64,000 nt of DNA from a virus: positions 71,207 to 135,206 of the IMG/VR virus record IMGVR_UViG_3300046171_000182; one strand, given 5' to 3'. The notes under the pieces are model-generated. The model was given only the letters and a program-made list of their open reading frames with translations. It ran no database searches and was not told where the DNA came from. Of the stretch, positions 27,290 to 36,507 are shown in pieces (the stretch's first letter is position 1; each line of letters begins with the position of its first letter). Made by a program: the position numbers and the translations under genes.

Positions 27290-27987
27290 AAGCCTTTGTA
27301 ATAACACTGGACAGTAATATCACATCAGAAGCTGGCTCGATAGAATGTATTAGATCGTCTCACGGTGTTGGCAACGATTTTGTAGTGACACCATATCGTG
27401 CCATACAATCAAAAGATGCTATGGCGGCTTTGAATCAAGAAGGAATTAAGTGGACCTATCCTTGGTCTCAGCCAAAATTAGACTTTGCGTCTGGATTAAA
27501 ATTATCGCCATATAATACACAAGATAAAGGTAAACGTGTCGGATGTTTTATGAGCCATTATAATTTATGGAAAATGGCAGCAGATAGTACCGATCCAATT
27601 CTAGTATTAGAACACGATGCACTGTTTACAAAGCGATTAGAATATGATACAATATTAGATAACAACTATGGAGTTATTGGTATTAATGATCCCCGCGGAG
27701 CTACTCGTAAGTCTACAGTTTATCATGCGATGATAGGAGAAAGCCGTTGGCCAGTACAGCCAGTTCCTCGCATAGATGATGTAATGATACCACAGGGACT
27801 AGCCGGAAACTCAGCATATATAATTAAACCATGGGCTGCTAAGCATGTGATAAAGAAAGTAAAAGAGATCGGGGCATGGCCTAATGATGCTTTGCTTTGT
27901 TATCAGATATTTGGTATTGCCTTTTTAGGTGTTACAAAGAAATATTATACAAAGGTTCAGGGGCTTCCCTCTACAACTACATTATGA
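27286..27987 (+). CDS. glycosyltransferase family 25-like
   Basis: GCFMSHY.LW, ILVLEHDA, AYII.P.AA, D. Confidence 0.8.
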   Translation: MKAFVITLDSNITSEAGSIECIRSSHGVGNDFVVTPYRAIQSKDAMAALNQEGIKWTYPWSQPKLDFASGLKLSPYNTQDKGKRVGCFMSHYNLWKMAADSTDPILVLEHDALFTKRLEYDTILDNNYGVIGINDPRGATRKSTVYHAMIGESRWPVQPVPRIDDVMIPQGLAGNSAYIIKPWAAKHVIKKVKEIGAWPNDALLCYQIFGIAFLGVTKKYYTKVQGLPSTTTL

Positions 27988-28630
27988 AAAATTATGTAAT
28001 TACAATTATGGATAATGAGAAGTCCATCTCAGTTGCTAATAGATGTATTAAGTCAGGACTATCTACTGGTGGTTTAGAAATAGAACATTGGAAAGCTACT
28101 ACTCCAGCAGATGACCTTGACGATTTTATTAAATCTGAAAATATTAATATATCTGCAATGGACGAAATTTATTCCCGCACATCAAATTGTGTAGCTGCGT
28201 TTATATCTCATTATAAGCTATGGAAGTTATGTGCCGAAGGTAAAGAAGAAGTTACAATCTTTGAACACGACGCGGTTTGCGTAAATAATATTCCAACACA
28301 CATAGTTTACAATGGAGTTATATCTCTCGGTAAACCATCTTATGGGAAATATAAAACTCCTTTGGTCTTTGGAATTAATCCGCTTACTTCAAAACAATAT
28401 TTCCCTGGCGCTCATGCATATAGAATTAAACCAAATGCTGCAAAGATGTTAGTTCAGCAAGCTAAGATTTGAGGCAAGGACCTACTGATGTATTTTTAAA
28501 TTTAAATAGTTTTGCATTCTTACAAGAATTTTATCCATGGCCCGTAGAAGCAAGAGACAGTTTTACTACTATTCAAAGTGAAATTGGATGTAGAGCAAAG
28601 CATAATAAGGTAGAGATCATTGAGGCTTGA
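27984..28630 (+). CDS. glycosyltransferase family 25-like (indels near 28470)
   Basis: SHY.LW, IFEHDA, GAHAY.I.P.AA; shifted frame continues ARPTDVFL. Confidence 0.7.
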
Positions 28631-29265
28631 TTATGATGGATTTATGACTGGTACGGATTCCAAAACAGAATGGATGTTACCATGGTTCATAGAAAACTTT
28701 AAAAAATATAACAGCTCTCATTTGTTAGGTTGTTGACTTTGGCATGTCAGAAGAGATGGCGTCATATGCAAGTAAGCATGCAGATTCACTTGCCGATCTA
28801 AGAGAGCAAAAGAGTAGAGGATGGTTTGCAAAACCACTCTCCATGATGAACTCTCCATTCAGAAAAACATTCTGGTTAGATCTAGATTGTGAAATATTAG
28901 GAGAGATCGATCATATGTTTGAGTTGATTGTTCCAGAAAAGTTAAACATGGTGGCTGATAGACCATGGTCAAAACGATTTAAGACTACAATGTATAATAG
29001 CGGTGTAGTTGGATTTGAAAGTAAGCCAACAATCTTAGCTAAATGGACTGCTGGGTTAACTCCATCTCTACATAGAGGAGATCAAGAAGGTCTGCACGCA
29101 TTACTCGATGATCTTCAAAGACTAATTTTTATTAACGAGATTCCACATAAGTATAATACACTGAGGTTAGATCACTTAGATGGAACTGCTCCAAAAGATA
29201 TATTGATTAATCACTGGACAGGAACAAAGGGCAATACGCATATTCGGAGTTTAATGAATGAGTAA
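28620..29265 (+). CDS. GT-A glycosyltransferase-like protein (indel near 28728)
   Basis: TG.D...W.LPW, DFGMS, WF.KP, WLDLDC (DxD), NSGV, GDQE, HWTG. Confidence 0.65.
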
Positions 29266-29858
29266 AGTAGCACATATTATTGGAAATGGTGATAGCCATA
29301 GATTTTATAAGCCTGCAAAAGGCATTATCATGACATGTAATCTACCACCTATTACAGATCTTAAAAATGTATATGCAACAGCTATTGTTGATTTTAAAAT
29401 GTGCCGTGCCATGGATGAAGGTTCTGTTGATTTACGTGCTTATGACTGGGTTATGGGAGCAAGACCTAAAAAATATACAGAAATGAAATCTGGCTTTTAT
29501 ATGAAATTTGCAAAGTATATTAAAGAATTTTATACTGTTTTACCAAGATACGTTGCTAACTATACAGATTTTAACTGCGGTCCATATGTGTACACATTAT
29601 GTTGCAAATAAATTAAATTGTAATGAGATTCATATGTATGGATTTGATTCTATGTTTGATTTTAATCTTATGAGTACTACTGATTTTGTACTAAATTCAA
29701 ACCGAGATCACTTTAATACTCATAGACTAGCTGAGAACTGGCGACCTATTACAGAAGGTATGTTTAAGGAATTTCCTAATACTCAGTTTGTCGTATATCA
29801 TCAACACGATAGAGCAAAAATAAATCTTCCAGAAAATGTTGAAGTTCGCGTAAGTTAA
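29258..29858 (+). CDS. sialyltransferase/Maf-like sugar-transfer protein (indel near 29581)
   Basis: IIGNG.S, CN, NCGH, I.MYGFD. Confidence 0.5.
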
Positions 29859-29861
29859 CTG

Positions 29862-29890
29862 TGTACATTTGAATTGTTTTGTGTTAGAAT
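29862..29890 (+). promoter_or_regulatory. early promoter
   Basis: TTAACTG-TGTACA-N17-TAGAAT. Confidence 0.8.
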
Positions 29891-29896
29891 CGTTTT

Positions 29897-30313
29897 ATGA
29901 TTATTGAATTTACTGGACATGTGAAAAAAGCAATTCGCGAGGAATCCGAATTAGCTATATGGTTTGCTAAAGAGCAGCTTATGCCCCGTTATAGAAAAAT
30001 AGATATCACCGTAAATTTTGTAAGAAACCTAAGGGCTAAAGAAGGAATTCATGGTGATGTCCTAGATGAGGATGACAGAGAGTATACAATAAGAGTAGAT
30101 TCCAGTCAGGCTAGAAAAGAAATTATAGCCACCATATTACATGAGATGGTTCATGTGTACCAGTATACTACTCGTAAGATGACTCAGCCATGTGGCGATC
30201 GTATAATCTATGAGAAAAAAGCATACCCATGGGATATGGCATATAAAGATAAACCATGGGAAATAGAAGCACACACTTTAGAGCGCGATTTATATGATAA
30301 GTTTTATAAATAA
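29897..30313 (+). CDS. zinc metallopeptidase-like (HExxH) protein
   Basis: LHEMVHVYQ and PWEIEA. Confidence 0.75.
   Translation: MIIEFTGHVKKAIREESELAIWFAKEQLMPRYRKIDITVNFVRNLRAKEGIHGDVLDEDDREYTIRVDSSQARKEIIATILHEMVHVYQYTTRKMTQPCGDRIIYEKKAYPWDMAYKDKPWEIEAHTLERDLYDKFYK
30305..30312 (+). promoter_or_regulatory. late promoter
   Basis: TATAAATA before small ORF at 30343. Confidence 0.55.
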
Positions 30314-30517
30314 TACTGAGTTTAACAACAACAGGATTTTATATGGACGAAGAGGAGAGGCTAATGCCTGACGATCCTTGCGACCATATTACAGATATTA
30401 CAGGATGGATAACATATGACAAAGAAAACCGATCCGGAACCGGAGAGATACTACGAGTGGATGCTGTGGAAAATGCGCCAAGAAGATCTCAAAGAAAAAA
30501 ATATGTCGGATTCGGAC

Positions 30518-30597
30518 TAAGTGATTGATCTGTAACAAAACTATTTTCGCAAAAAACTAAATTAACTGTGTACATTCTCTTTTAGATATGTTATAAA
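30518..30597 (+). promoter_or_regulatory. early promoter cassette with IHF-like site
   Basis: TAAGTGATTGATC at 30518; TGTACA 30569-N17-TATAAA. Confidence 0.75.
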
Positions 30598-30620
30598 GGA
30601 TATATCAAAAGGAGATAAAC

Positions 30621-30878
30621 ATGTCTATACAGAAACTTATCGATCAAACACACTCATATATGCAGACTGCATCAGAAGATCTACGTGGTCTTTACAAAGA
30701 TGATGCAGCTGATTTTGAAGCAGTTCAGTGGTTGATTAATGCTGATGAGATGGATGCTGCAATAGCAAAGATTGATAACATGGACACTGAGCCACGTGAG
30801 CAGATCGTATTGGCTATTGCTGATGAGTACGGTAGTGGATATGTAGAAACTGTAATTGGTTATGAGGTAGCACAATGA
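30621..30878 (+). CDS. small early hypothetical protein
   Basis: AAGGAG RBS. Confidence 0.7.
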   Translation: MSIQKLIDQTHSYMQTASEDLRGLYKDDAADFEAVQWLINADEMDAAIAKIDNMDTEPREQIVLAIADEYGSGYVETVIGYEVAQ

Positions 30879-31276
30879 CTTTTAATTATTCAGACGATTG
30901 TTTTTCAGATCTTCATAAAGATGTTTATGGTTTCCGCCCTCGTGGCACGATCATGGAAGATTGGGATTCTATGGAGCCTGCTCAGAAGCAAGCTTATTGG
31001 GATGAGCTTTGTGCAGAGCTAGAAGCTAATAATATCGCCGAGAAGCAACAGGCAGAAAACGCTGTTGCTAAATTTAAAGCTCGAGTTCAAGATGTGATTG
31101 GTCTTGGTGCTGGTGATCGTACTACAGCTCTTCGTTGGATTACTGGTCAAGAAAAGTTTTATCACGAACAGAGTGTTGAACATTTTGTTTGGGAGCAAGG
31201 TATCTTGTTTACTGACTATGGCAAGCAATTAGTTAAAGACCTTTGTGAAATTGTAAAGTATGAGGAATATGTATAA
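30875..31276 (+). CDS. conserved phage hypothetical protein
   Basis: SDLHKDVYGFRPRG, GAGDR.TALRW. Confidence 0.75.
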   Translation: MTFNYSDDCFSDLHKDVYGFRPRGTIMEDWDSMEPAQKQAYWDELCAELEANNIAEKQQAENAVAKFKARVQDVIGLGAGDRTTALRWITGQEKFYHEQSVEHFVWEQGILFTDYGKQLVKDLCEIVKYEEYV

Positions 31277-31415
31277 TGTGGTACGTTGAAGTAATTGAAA
31301 GCTGGACTAATCAAGATGTTCAGATTTGGGAATGCCTAACAAGGCAGCAGTCTCGTGAAATCCATAGACAGTTTTCACAGAGTGGAGCTGCGATGGTACG
31401 ATCAGGTATTATGCA

Positions 31416-31769
31416 ATGAGTATGCATATGATTAGAGGGGTGCAAGTCCATGGTGTAGGTAAGCGCCGTAAGGCGAAACAAAAATCGCACAAACTATTGA
31501 AGGCTGAAGCCGAACATAACAAGTTTTTAGATAAGCTTGGTGTGGGTAAGTCTAAAGGCGATTACCGCTATGACTTACCCAACTATAAGACAAGTAGCGA
31601 TTTGCCACCTACATCTGATACAATATGTTCCAATGGAATTGTAAAAGAAACTAATAAATATACAGGCAATGAGATAGCTGGAATTGTGGTTACACACAAA
31701 TCTAATCTAATGCCAATTCGTAAAGATAATAAGCAGGCTGCTATTGATGCTGCCAACATGAGAAGATAA
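31416..31769 (+). CDS. conserved T4-like hypothetical protein
   Basis: YTG....GI...HKSNL.P...A.MRR. Confidence 0.7.
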   Translation: MSMHMIRGVQVHGVGKRRKAKQKSHKLLKAEAEHNKFLDKLGVGKSKGDYRYDLPNYKTSSDLPPTSDTICSNGIVKETNKYTGNEIAGIVVTHKSNLMPIRKDNKQAAIDAANMRR

Positions 31770-31920
31770 TGGGTAAGCATTTAAAAACTAAAATAGACTA
31801 TGAGATGATCTATTCTCTTGCAAAGGAAGTAAAGAGACTTGAACCAGATAATTCTGTACTTGAAAAATATCTCTCTATGGATAACTTTGAAGGCGCTGAG
31901 CTTAGAAAGCAGTTAAAAGA

Positions 31921-32166
31921 ATGAAATTTATGATAGTAGTCATAATGCAGTTCCTTCCAGAAAGCGACGCAACTGACTTCTATATATTTACGGAACCTAG
32001 TTTTGGAAGCTACACTGAGTGCTCACTCTTTTTACAAGAACCAGTAAATGCACAGAAGATTGGAATTAAACTTATAGAAGAGTTTGGTTTTAGAATGATT
32101 GAAAATGTGTTTTGTGCACCAGAATCTAAGGTTAATAGATATATCTTAGAACAGGAGATGGCATAG
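31921..32166 (+). CDS. small two-Cys protein with hydrophobic N-terminus
   Basis: F.SY.EC...C. Confidence 0.6.
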   Translation: MKFMIVVIMQFLPESDATDFYIFTEPSFGSYTECSLFLQEPVNAQKIGIKLIEEFGFRMIENVFCAPESKVNRYILEQEMA

Positions 32167-32366
32167 TGTGGGTTTTAGTCTATATCTTTATTAATGGTGG
32201 TGCAGTAGTATCTGCAATAAATGCATCCGGTAACGGGCATAAATACGATAGTATGTATGAGTGTTTCGAAGCAAGAGAAGAACTAGGTAAAACCTTAAGC
32301 GGAAGAGCTGGTTTTTTCAACGTAGGCACTCAAGCAATTTGTGTGCAAGTAGGAGACCCAGCATGA
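32166..32366 (+). CDS. small two-Cys protein with hydrophobic N-terminus
   Basis: YDSMYECF...AIC. Confidence 0.6.
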   Translation: MWVLVYIFINGGAVVSAINASGNGHKYDSMYECFEAREELGKTLSGRAGFFNVGTQAICVQVGDPA

Positions 32367-32554
32367 TTTGGATATTAGTTTGGTTACAGATGATAGTAGG
32401 TGAAGATGTACCTAGTACTATGAGATACTATCATCTCGACACATTTACTAATAAAGAAGAATGTTTAAGGGAATTAAAACAAGCGAGAGTCTTAGTATCT
32501 ACGACAAGTGAAACTATGGATTGTATTATGATTGATCGAAGACAAGGAGGATAA
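32363..32554 (+). CDS. small two-Cys protein with hydrophobic N-terminus
   Basis: MIWILVWL...FTNKEECL...DC. Confidence 0.6.
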   Translation: MIWILVWLQMIVGEDVPSTMRYYHLDTFTNKEECLRELKQARVLVSTTSETMDCIMIDRRQGG

Positions 32555-32555
32555 C

Positions 32556-33059
32556 ATGAAGCTTTTATCAACAGTGGCGTTAGCTGCAATAATCGGATGT
32601 TCGCCAGCAATGGCAGAAACATTTAGGGCAACTATTACAAAGGTAGAACCAAACTGGGGATACCGAGATGTGTCTGTTCCGACTACGCATTGCCAAGATA
32701 TACAAGTTCCGATATACGGAACTGTACAAGGGCAAGGAGCTACTGGTGGTGATGTACTCGGTGGAATGATTCTTGGTGCATTGTTAGGTAAAGGAATATC
32801 AGGTGACGATAACGGAGCTGCAGCTGGTGCTGTTTTAGGCGGAGTTATTTCGGCTGATAAGAAAAGATCTAAAAAGGTTGTAACAGGTTATACAACTGAA
32901 AGACAATGTCAACAAGTCGTTTCTTATGAGACAGAACGTTATCTTAAGAATAATAAAATCTATTTCACATGGAATGGCATTAACGGATCTGCGTATACAT
33001 TTAATAACTATAACGTAGGTACACAGATTCCAATAACAATTAGTATACAGGCAAAGTAA
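32556..33059 (+). CDS. secreted glycine-zipper 2TM protein
   Basis: signal peptide, C..., GMILGALLG..., GAAAGAVLGG, C. Confidence 0.75.
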   Translation: MKLLSTVALAAIIGCSPAMAETFRATITKVEPNWGYRDVSVPTTHCQDIQVPIYGTVQGQGATGGDVLGGMILGALLGKGISGDDNGAAAGAVLGGVISADKKRSKKVVTGYTTERQCQQVVSYETERYLKNNKIYFTWNGINGSAYTFNNYNVGTQIPITISIQAK

Positions 33060-33298
33060 TGTCAGATATATTTGATTTTGGCTTTACCGCCGTAGATGAA
33101 GATGAATTAGAGGCCGTACAGAAAGTATCTGTTGCGGCCGAATCTACTGAAGATAGACTACATAACTTATATAATGCAATTATACCTTTGCTTAATAATT
33201 TAAAACAAAATCCTGAAAAGGATTATATCTTGTGGCCAAACCGATTAGAAAAAGTGGAACAGTTTGAAAGTCATTTGCAATCCATTTATAAAGGATAG
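33059..33298 (+). CDS. conserved T4-like hypothetical protein
   Basis: FDFGFTAVDE...PLLNNL..NPEKDYI.WPNR. Confidence 0.75.
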   Translation: MSDIFDFGFTAVDEDELEAVQKVSVAAESTEDRLHNLYNAIIPLLNNLKQNPEKDYILWPNRLEKVEQFESHLQSIYKG

Positions 33299-33301
33299 AA
33301 T

Positions 33302-33523
33302 ATGAATACATTATTTACTGCACTTTTACTCGTATGCAATCCAAGCTCTGCAGTACCAGACTGCAAAAGCATGGCAAATCCTGCACTTTATGATAATGTA
33401 CAGATATGCCTACAAAGCGTTGCTGAAGGAATACAGGCGTTTGAGGTAAATGGTTTTAAAGTTGTCCGCTATACATGTTATGAATGGACTACTGATCGAG
33501 ATTTAAAATCTCTGGGTCTATAA
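33302..33523 (+). CDS. small Cys-containing protein
   Basis: hydrophobic N-terminus, C..C..YDN..IC...C. Confidence 0.6.
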   Translation: MNTLFTALLLVCNPSSAVPDCKSMANPALYDNVQICLQSVAEGIQAFEVNGFKVVRYTCYEWTTDRDLKSLGL

Positions 33524-33959
33524 CTTTAGCATCAATTAATCTTTGACGGTTCGCAAGGTGCGCTTCTTTGAGCTCCTCTTTTGATTGTCCGTGGTATGGT
33601 ACTCCATAACCCTCTTCAATGAGAATCTGAGTACAGCCAACCTCCGCATCTTTAATATCATAGTATACGTGGAAGTCCCCAAGGATTCTTCCAAATTTGC
33701 CCTTCGCATCTTCTCCACTTTTATCAATTTCTGTTTTAAGGCGCGCTGTCGATCCTATAGGTAAGAGATCTTTAAGTCTTTCTTTTGCTGCGAGTCCGAA
33801 CGCTTTCTCCGTTAAATCACGAGTGCGAGATTCAGGTGTATCAATACCCATCATTCGTACACGTTCTCGGTTTAAGGAGATGCCAAATCCTAAATCTATA
33901 TCCACGTCAACAGTATCGCCGTCAACAACTCTTAATATCTTTGCTTTATATTCATACAT
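33489..33959 (-). CDS. thermonuclease (SNase-like)
   Basis: RVVDGDT, RVR..GIDTPESRT, GKFGRILG. Confidence 0.85.
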   Translation of the reverse strand: MYEYKAKILRVVDGDTVDVDIDLGFGISLNRERVRMMGIDTPESRTRDLTEKAFGLAAKERLKDLLPIGSTARLKTEIDKSGEDAKGKFGRILGDFHVYYDIKDAEVGCTQILIEEGYGVPYHGQSKEELKEAHLANRQRLIDAKVIDPEILNLDQ

Positions 33960-34155
33960 TGTTTCTACCTGTTACGTAACCTGCTACGATGCCAACGACA
34001 CCTACTAATGCGTTATTCAATAAAGCAAGTATGCCTTGATCAAATTCTCCGCCATGTTCTGACGCCATCATAAATTCATCTATTACAATAATCCCCAATA
34101 AAGTCATAAGTCCTACTGCTAATATTAACACGGTAATATCTTTAATATATTTCAT
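33952..34155 (-). CDS. small two-TM membrane protein
   Basis: two hydrophobic helices. Confidence 0.6.
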   Translation of the reverse strand: MKYIKDITVLILAVGLMTLLGIIVIDEFMMASEHGGEFDQGILALLNNALVGVVGIVAGYVTGRNNV

Positions 34156-34511
34156 TAAAATTCCTCTACTACAAATTCACCCCACGCTTGGCCGAATATC
34201 CATATAAAAATTAGTATGAGTGCAGTTGCAATTAATAACGATGGTATGACAATAAACTGCACCCAGCGTGGCTTGCCTTTTACCCAATGAATTATTTTCT
34301 TTACTTTTGTTTTTAGTCCATCTAATATGTATGTGCCTACTGTCCAGCGAATCATTCTCATTATTATTAAAATAGGTGAAGTGATTACGTCAAAGAGTAC
34401 TAGAAATAAATCTACTGCTGCATCGACAATATTGTCAAGGCTAAATACTTTTTTTAGTTTTTCTTTATTAAACGCCAAAGCTCTCTCCGCATCCACAACT
34501 TGCTGTTGCAT
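34155..34511 (-). CDS. membrane protein
   Basis: two hydrophobic segments. Confidence 0.55.
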   Translation of the reverse strand: MQQQVVDAERALAFNKEKLKKVFSLDNIVDAAVDLFLVLFDVITSPILIIMRMIRWTVGTYILDGLKTKVKKIIHWVKGKPRWVQFIVIPSLLIATALILIFIWIFGQAWGEFVVEEF

Positions 34512-34749
34512 TAGGATTAACCACCTTTAAGAACGATCCTCCCAATTCTTCAACATAATCAATTGTGCATCCGAAGATAAACATTTCAGCCATAGGATCT
34601 AACCATAGGTTTTCTATTGTGGGCTCAGCATCTGTTACGCCCCACTCATATTGGAAACCGGCGCATCCACCACCTTTTACTGCGAGAGACACATTTGGTT
34701 TACCAACCTTTTTTAAATAGTCTTTTGCACTATCAGTAACCTGAATCAT
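34468..34749 (-). CDS. iscA: A-type Fe-S carrier protein (IscA/ErpA/HesB family)
   Basis: KGGGCAGFQY, IDY...G..F...NPNA..SCGCGESF. Confidence 0.9.
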   Translation of the reverse strand: MIQVTDSAKDYLKKVGKPNVSLAVKGGGCAGFQYEWGVTDAEPTIENLWLDPMAEMFIFGCTIDYVEELGGSFLKVVNPNATASCGCGESFGV

Positions 34750-34961
34750 TCTTCTACTAATCCTATTGATACCATCTTACCATTAATATCTTGAACTTTC
34801 AATGTACCTTGCGCGCAAGAATATCTTCCCGATTCACCCAGGTTTCTTGCAATTTCTCGTTTAGCTTTCAAGCAATCAGATAGTGAGTCCTTTGGAGTGT
34901 ATTCCTGCGCATCTCCATCTATAAACAAAAATAGCACAAAGCCTTTAAATATCTCTATCAT
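34746..34961 (-). CDS. small two-Cys protein
   Basis: SLSDCLKAKR...YSC. Confidence 0.6.
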   Translation of the reverse strand: MIEIFKGFVLFLFIDGDAQEYTPKDSLSDCLKAKREIARNLGESGRYSCAQGTLKVQDINGKMVSIGLVEE

Positions 34962-34962
34962 G

Positions 34963-35364
34963 CTAATTACTCCCTCTCGCTTTAATAGCGTCGATTCTTT
35001 CTTCTAGTTTACTTATTCGTTTTTCGTAAAAATCTAATGTAAGTTTTTGCTGCTGATCGTACGGTGCATTACCACTTTCAATATCAGTTATCATTTTATC
35101 GAGCTGACCTGATAAGTGTTCTATTAACATAAACTGCTCATTGTCAGCTGGTAACGATCCCATCTCACCACGTGGCCACTTAATTCTAAATTCTGTGTTT
35201 TTTTCTAAATCAGTGTTCATCAATGTGATGTTAGTTTCAACCTGATTTAATCTTTCTATTAAGCCGAAATAAGCCCACGTACCCACTGCTACTGCAGCAA
35301 TGATACTAATGATATTTCGTAATGGTGTTGCAATTACTGTGTCTTCACTTATCTTTGCTGCCAT
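34963..35364 (-). CDS. conserved marine phage membrane-anchored protein
   Basis: TM helix, FRIKWPRGEMGSLPAD.EQFMLIEH. Confidence 0.7.
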   Translation of the reverse strand: MAAKISEDTVIATPLRNIISIIAAVAVGTWAYFGLIERLNQVETNITLMNTDLEKNTEFRIKWPRGEMGSLPADNEQFMLIEHLSGQLDKMITDIESGNAPYDQQQKLTLDFYEKRISKLEERIDAIKARGSN

Positions 35365-35554
35365 TTCGACTCTCTAACACTCTCTTACATTGATCACTAG
35401 CATATGTAGTAAACCAACGAGGAGCAAAAGCATGAATAAAGACGGCGTATGCTGCCTTCTCTAATTGCCATGAAACCCACATCGCATGTTTGAAATGTTG
35501 CCAACGAGTTTCGCCTACATCATCTAGATGCAATTTACATTTTTTACTAAACAT
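35345..35554 (-). CDS. DUF6356-like protein
   Basis: HL..VGET.WQH...A...IHA..P. Confidence 0.65.
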   Translation of the reverse strand: MFSKKCKLHLDDVGETRWQHFKHAMWVSWQLEKAAYAVFIHAFAPRWFTTYASDQCKRVLESRNGSKDK

Positions 35555-35952
35555 TATCTATTATCCACCACTGTTTTCTTTTGTACTGCTGTTACACTGT
35601 TTTTCTTTTGTGCAGTAATAGCTTCCTTGCCATAGAAGGCTGCAACTATCGCTGCGACTGACACAAAGTAAACCGCTGCCATATCACCAAGGATTTCACC
35701 GGCCTGTGTAAGTTTTAACCATATTGCCAATACGACTGAGAAAGGATATAGTAGCATTCCGAATAATGCAAACCATGCCATGTTTCTCTGTGCGTCTTGC
35801 TTCTTGTCTTCATTTTCCATATCAGAACGCATGTCCTGAAGTTCAATCATTCTTTCTTCCATTGCAATCTCTTCATCAGTTATAATTCCATCACCGTCAC
35901 GGTCTAAATGAGCCCATTGGCTCTCTGGTTCTAATTTCTTTGCCGCTGCCAT
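35554..35952 (-). CDS. two-TM protein with EF-hand-like loop (holin candidate)
   Basis: DRDGDGIITDEE, two TM helices, basic C-tail; downstream of late promoter. Confidence 0.55.
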   Translation of the reverse strand: MAAAKKLEPESQWAHLDRDGDGIITDEEIAMEERMIELQDMRSDMENEDKKQDAQRNMAWFALFGMLLYPFSVVLAIWLKLTQAGEILGDMAAVYFVSVAAIVAAFYGKEAITAQKKNSVTAVQKKTVVDNR

Positions 35953-35961
35953 TTAACTCTC

Positions 35962-36444
35962 CTACCACGCTCCGTTTGATTTGCCTAAAAGGTAAACTAT
36001 AAATCCTATTACACCAGACATTGCAAGTGCTAAAGCGATACCCACAAGCCATTCAATAATTAATTGTTTACGCTCTTCAGCTTTATATATCGCTTCTTTT
36101 CGTTCTTTTCTCATTTGCGCTTCTATGTGCACAATCTCTTTCCAAGCCGATGGTCCATAAAATAAACTGATATGAGATCGTAATTCTTCTCTCATCTCTT
36201 TTGCTTTTTGTTTATGTCCCCAAGTCTCCAAAGCCTTTTGTTCAACTTGACTTGCGCCAAATAGTTTTTTAAACATAGGCGGGTTTTCAGCCTGCTTATG
36301 AGAAAAGTCTAAGTCTGACATAGCACCTGCCCACTGATTCAGGGTAGATCCCATATCATGCAAGTCCTTGCCAACAGCAATAGCCTTTTTCAGACCTTTG
36401 TATGCAGCTGTAGCCCCAGCTATAGCCGTTACTGGATCGATCAT
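35962..36444 (-). CDS. conserved hypothetical protein with C-terminal TM helix
   Basis: MIDPVTAIA.A.AA...KK, YG..AW. Confidence 0.7.
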   Translation of the reverse strand: MIDPVTAIAGATAAYKGLKKAIAVGKDLHDMGSTLNQWAGAMSDLDFSHKQAENPPMFKKLFGASQVEQKALETWGHKQKAKEMREELRSHISLFYGPSAWKEIVHIEAQMRKERKEAIYKAEERKQLIIEWLVGIALALAMSGVIGFIVYLLGKSNGAW

Positions 36445-36474
36445 CTCGAGCCCTCGTTACTTTGTTCCTGAAGG

Positions 36475-36486
36475 TATTTATAAATA
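36475..36486. promoter_or_regulatory. overlapping divergent late promoters
   Basis: palindrome TATTTATAAATA holds TATAAATA on both strands between divergent operons. Confidence 0.75.
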
Positions 36487-36507
36487 AAACGTAATTTAGG
36501 ACCTATT

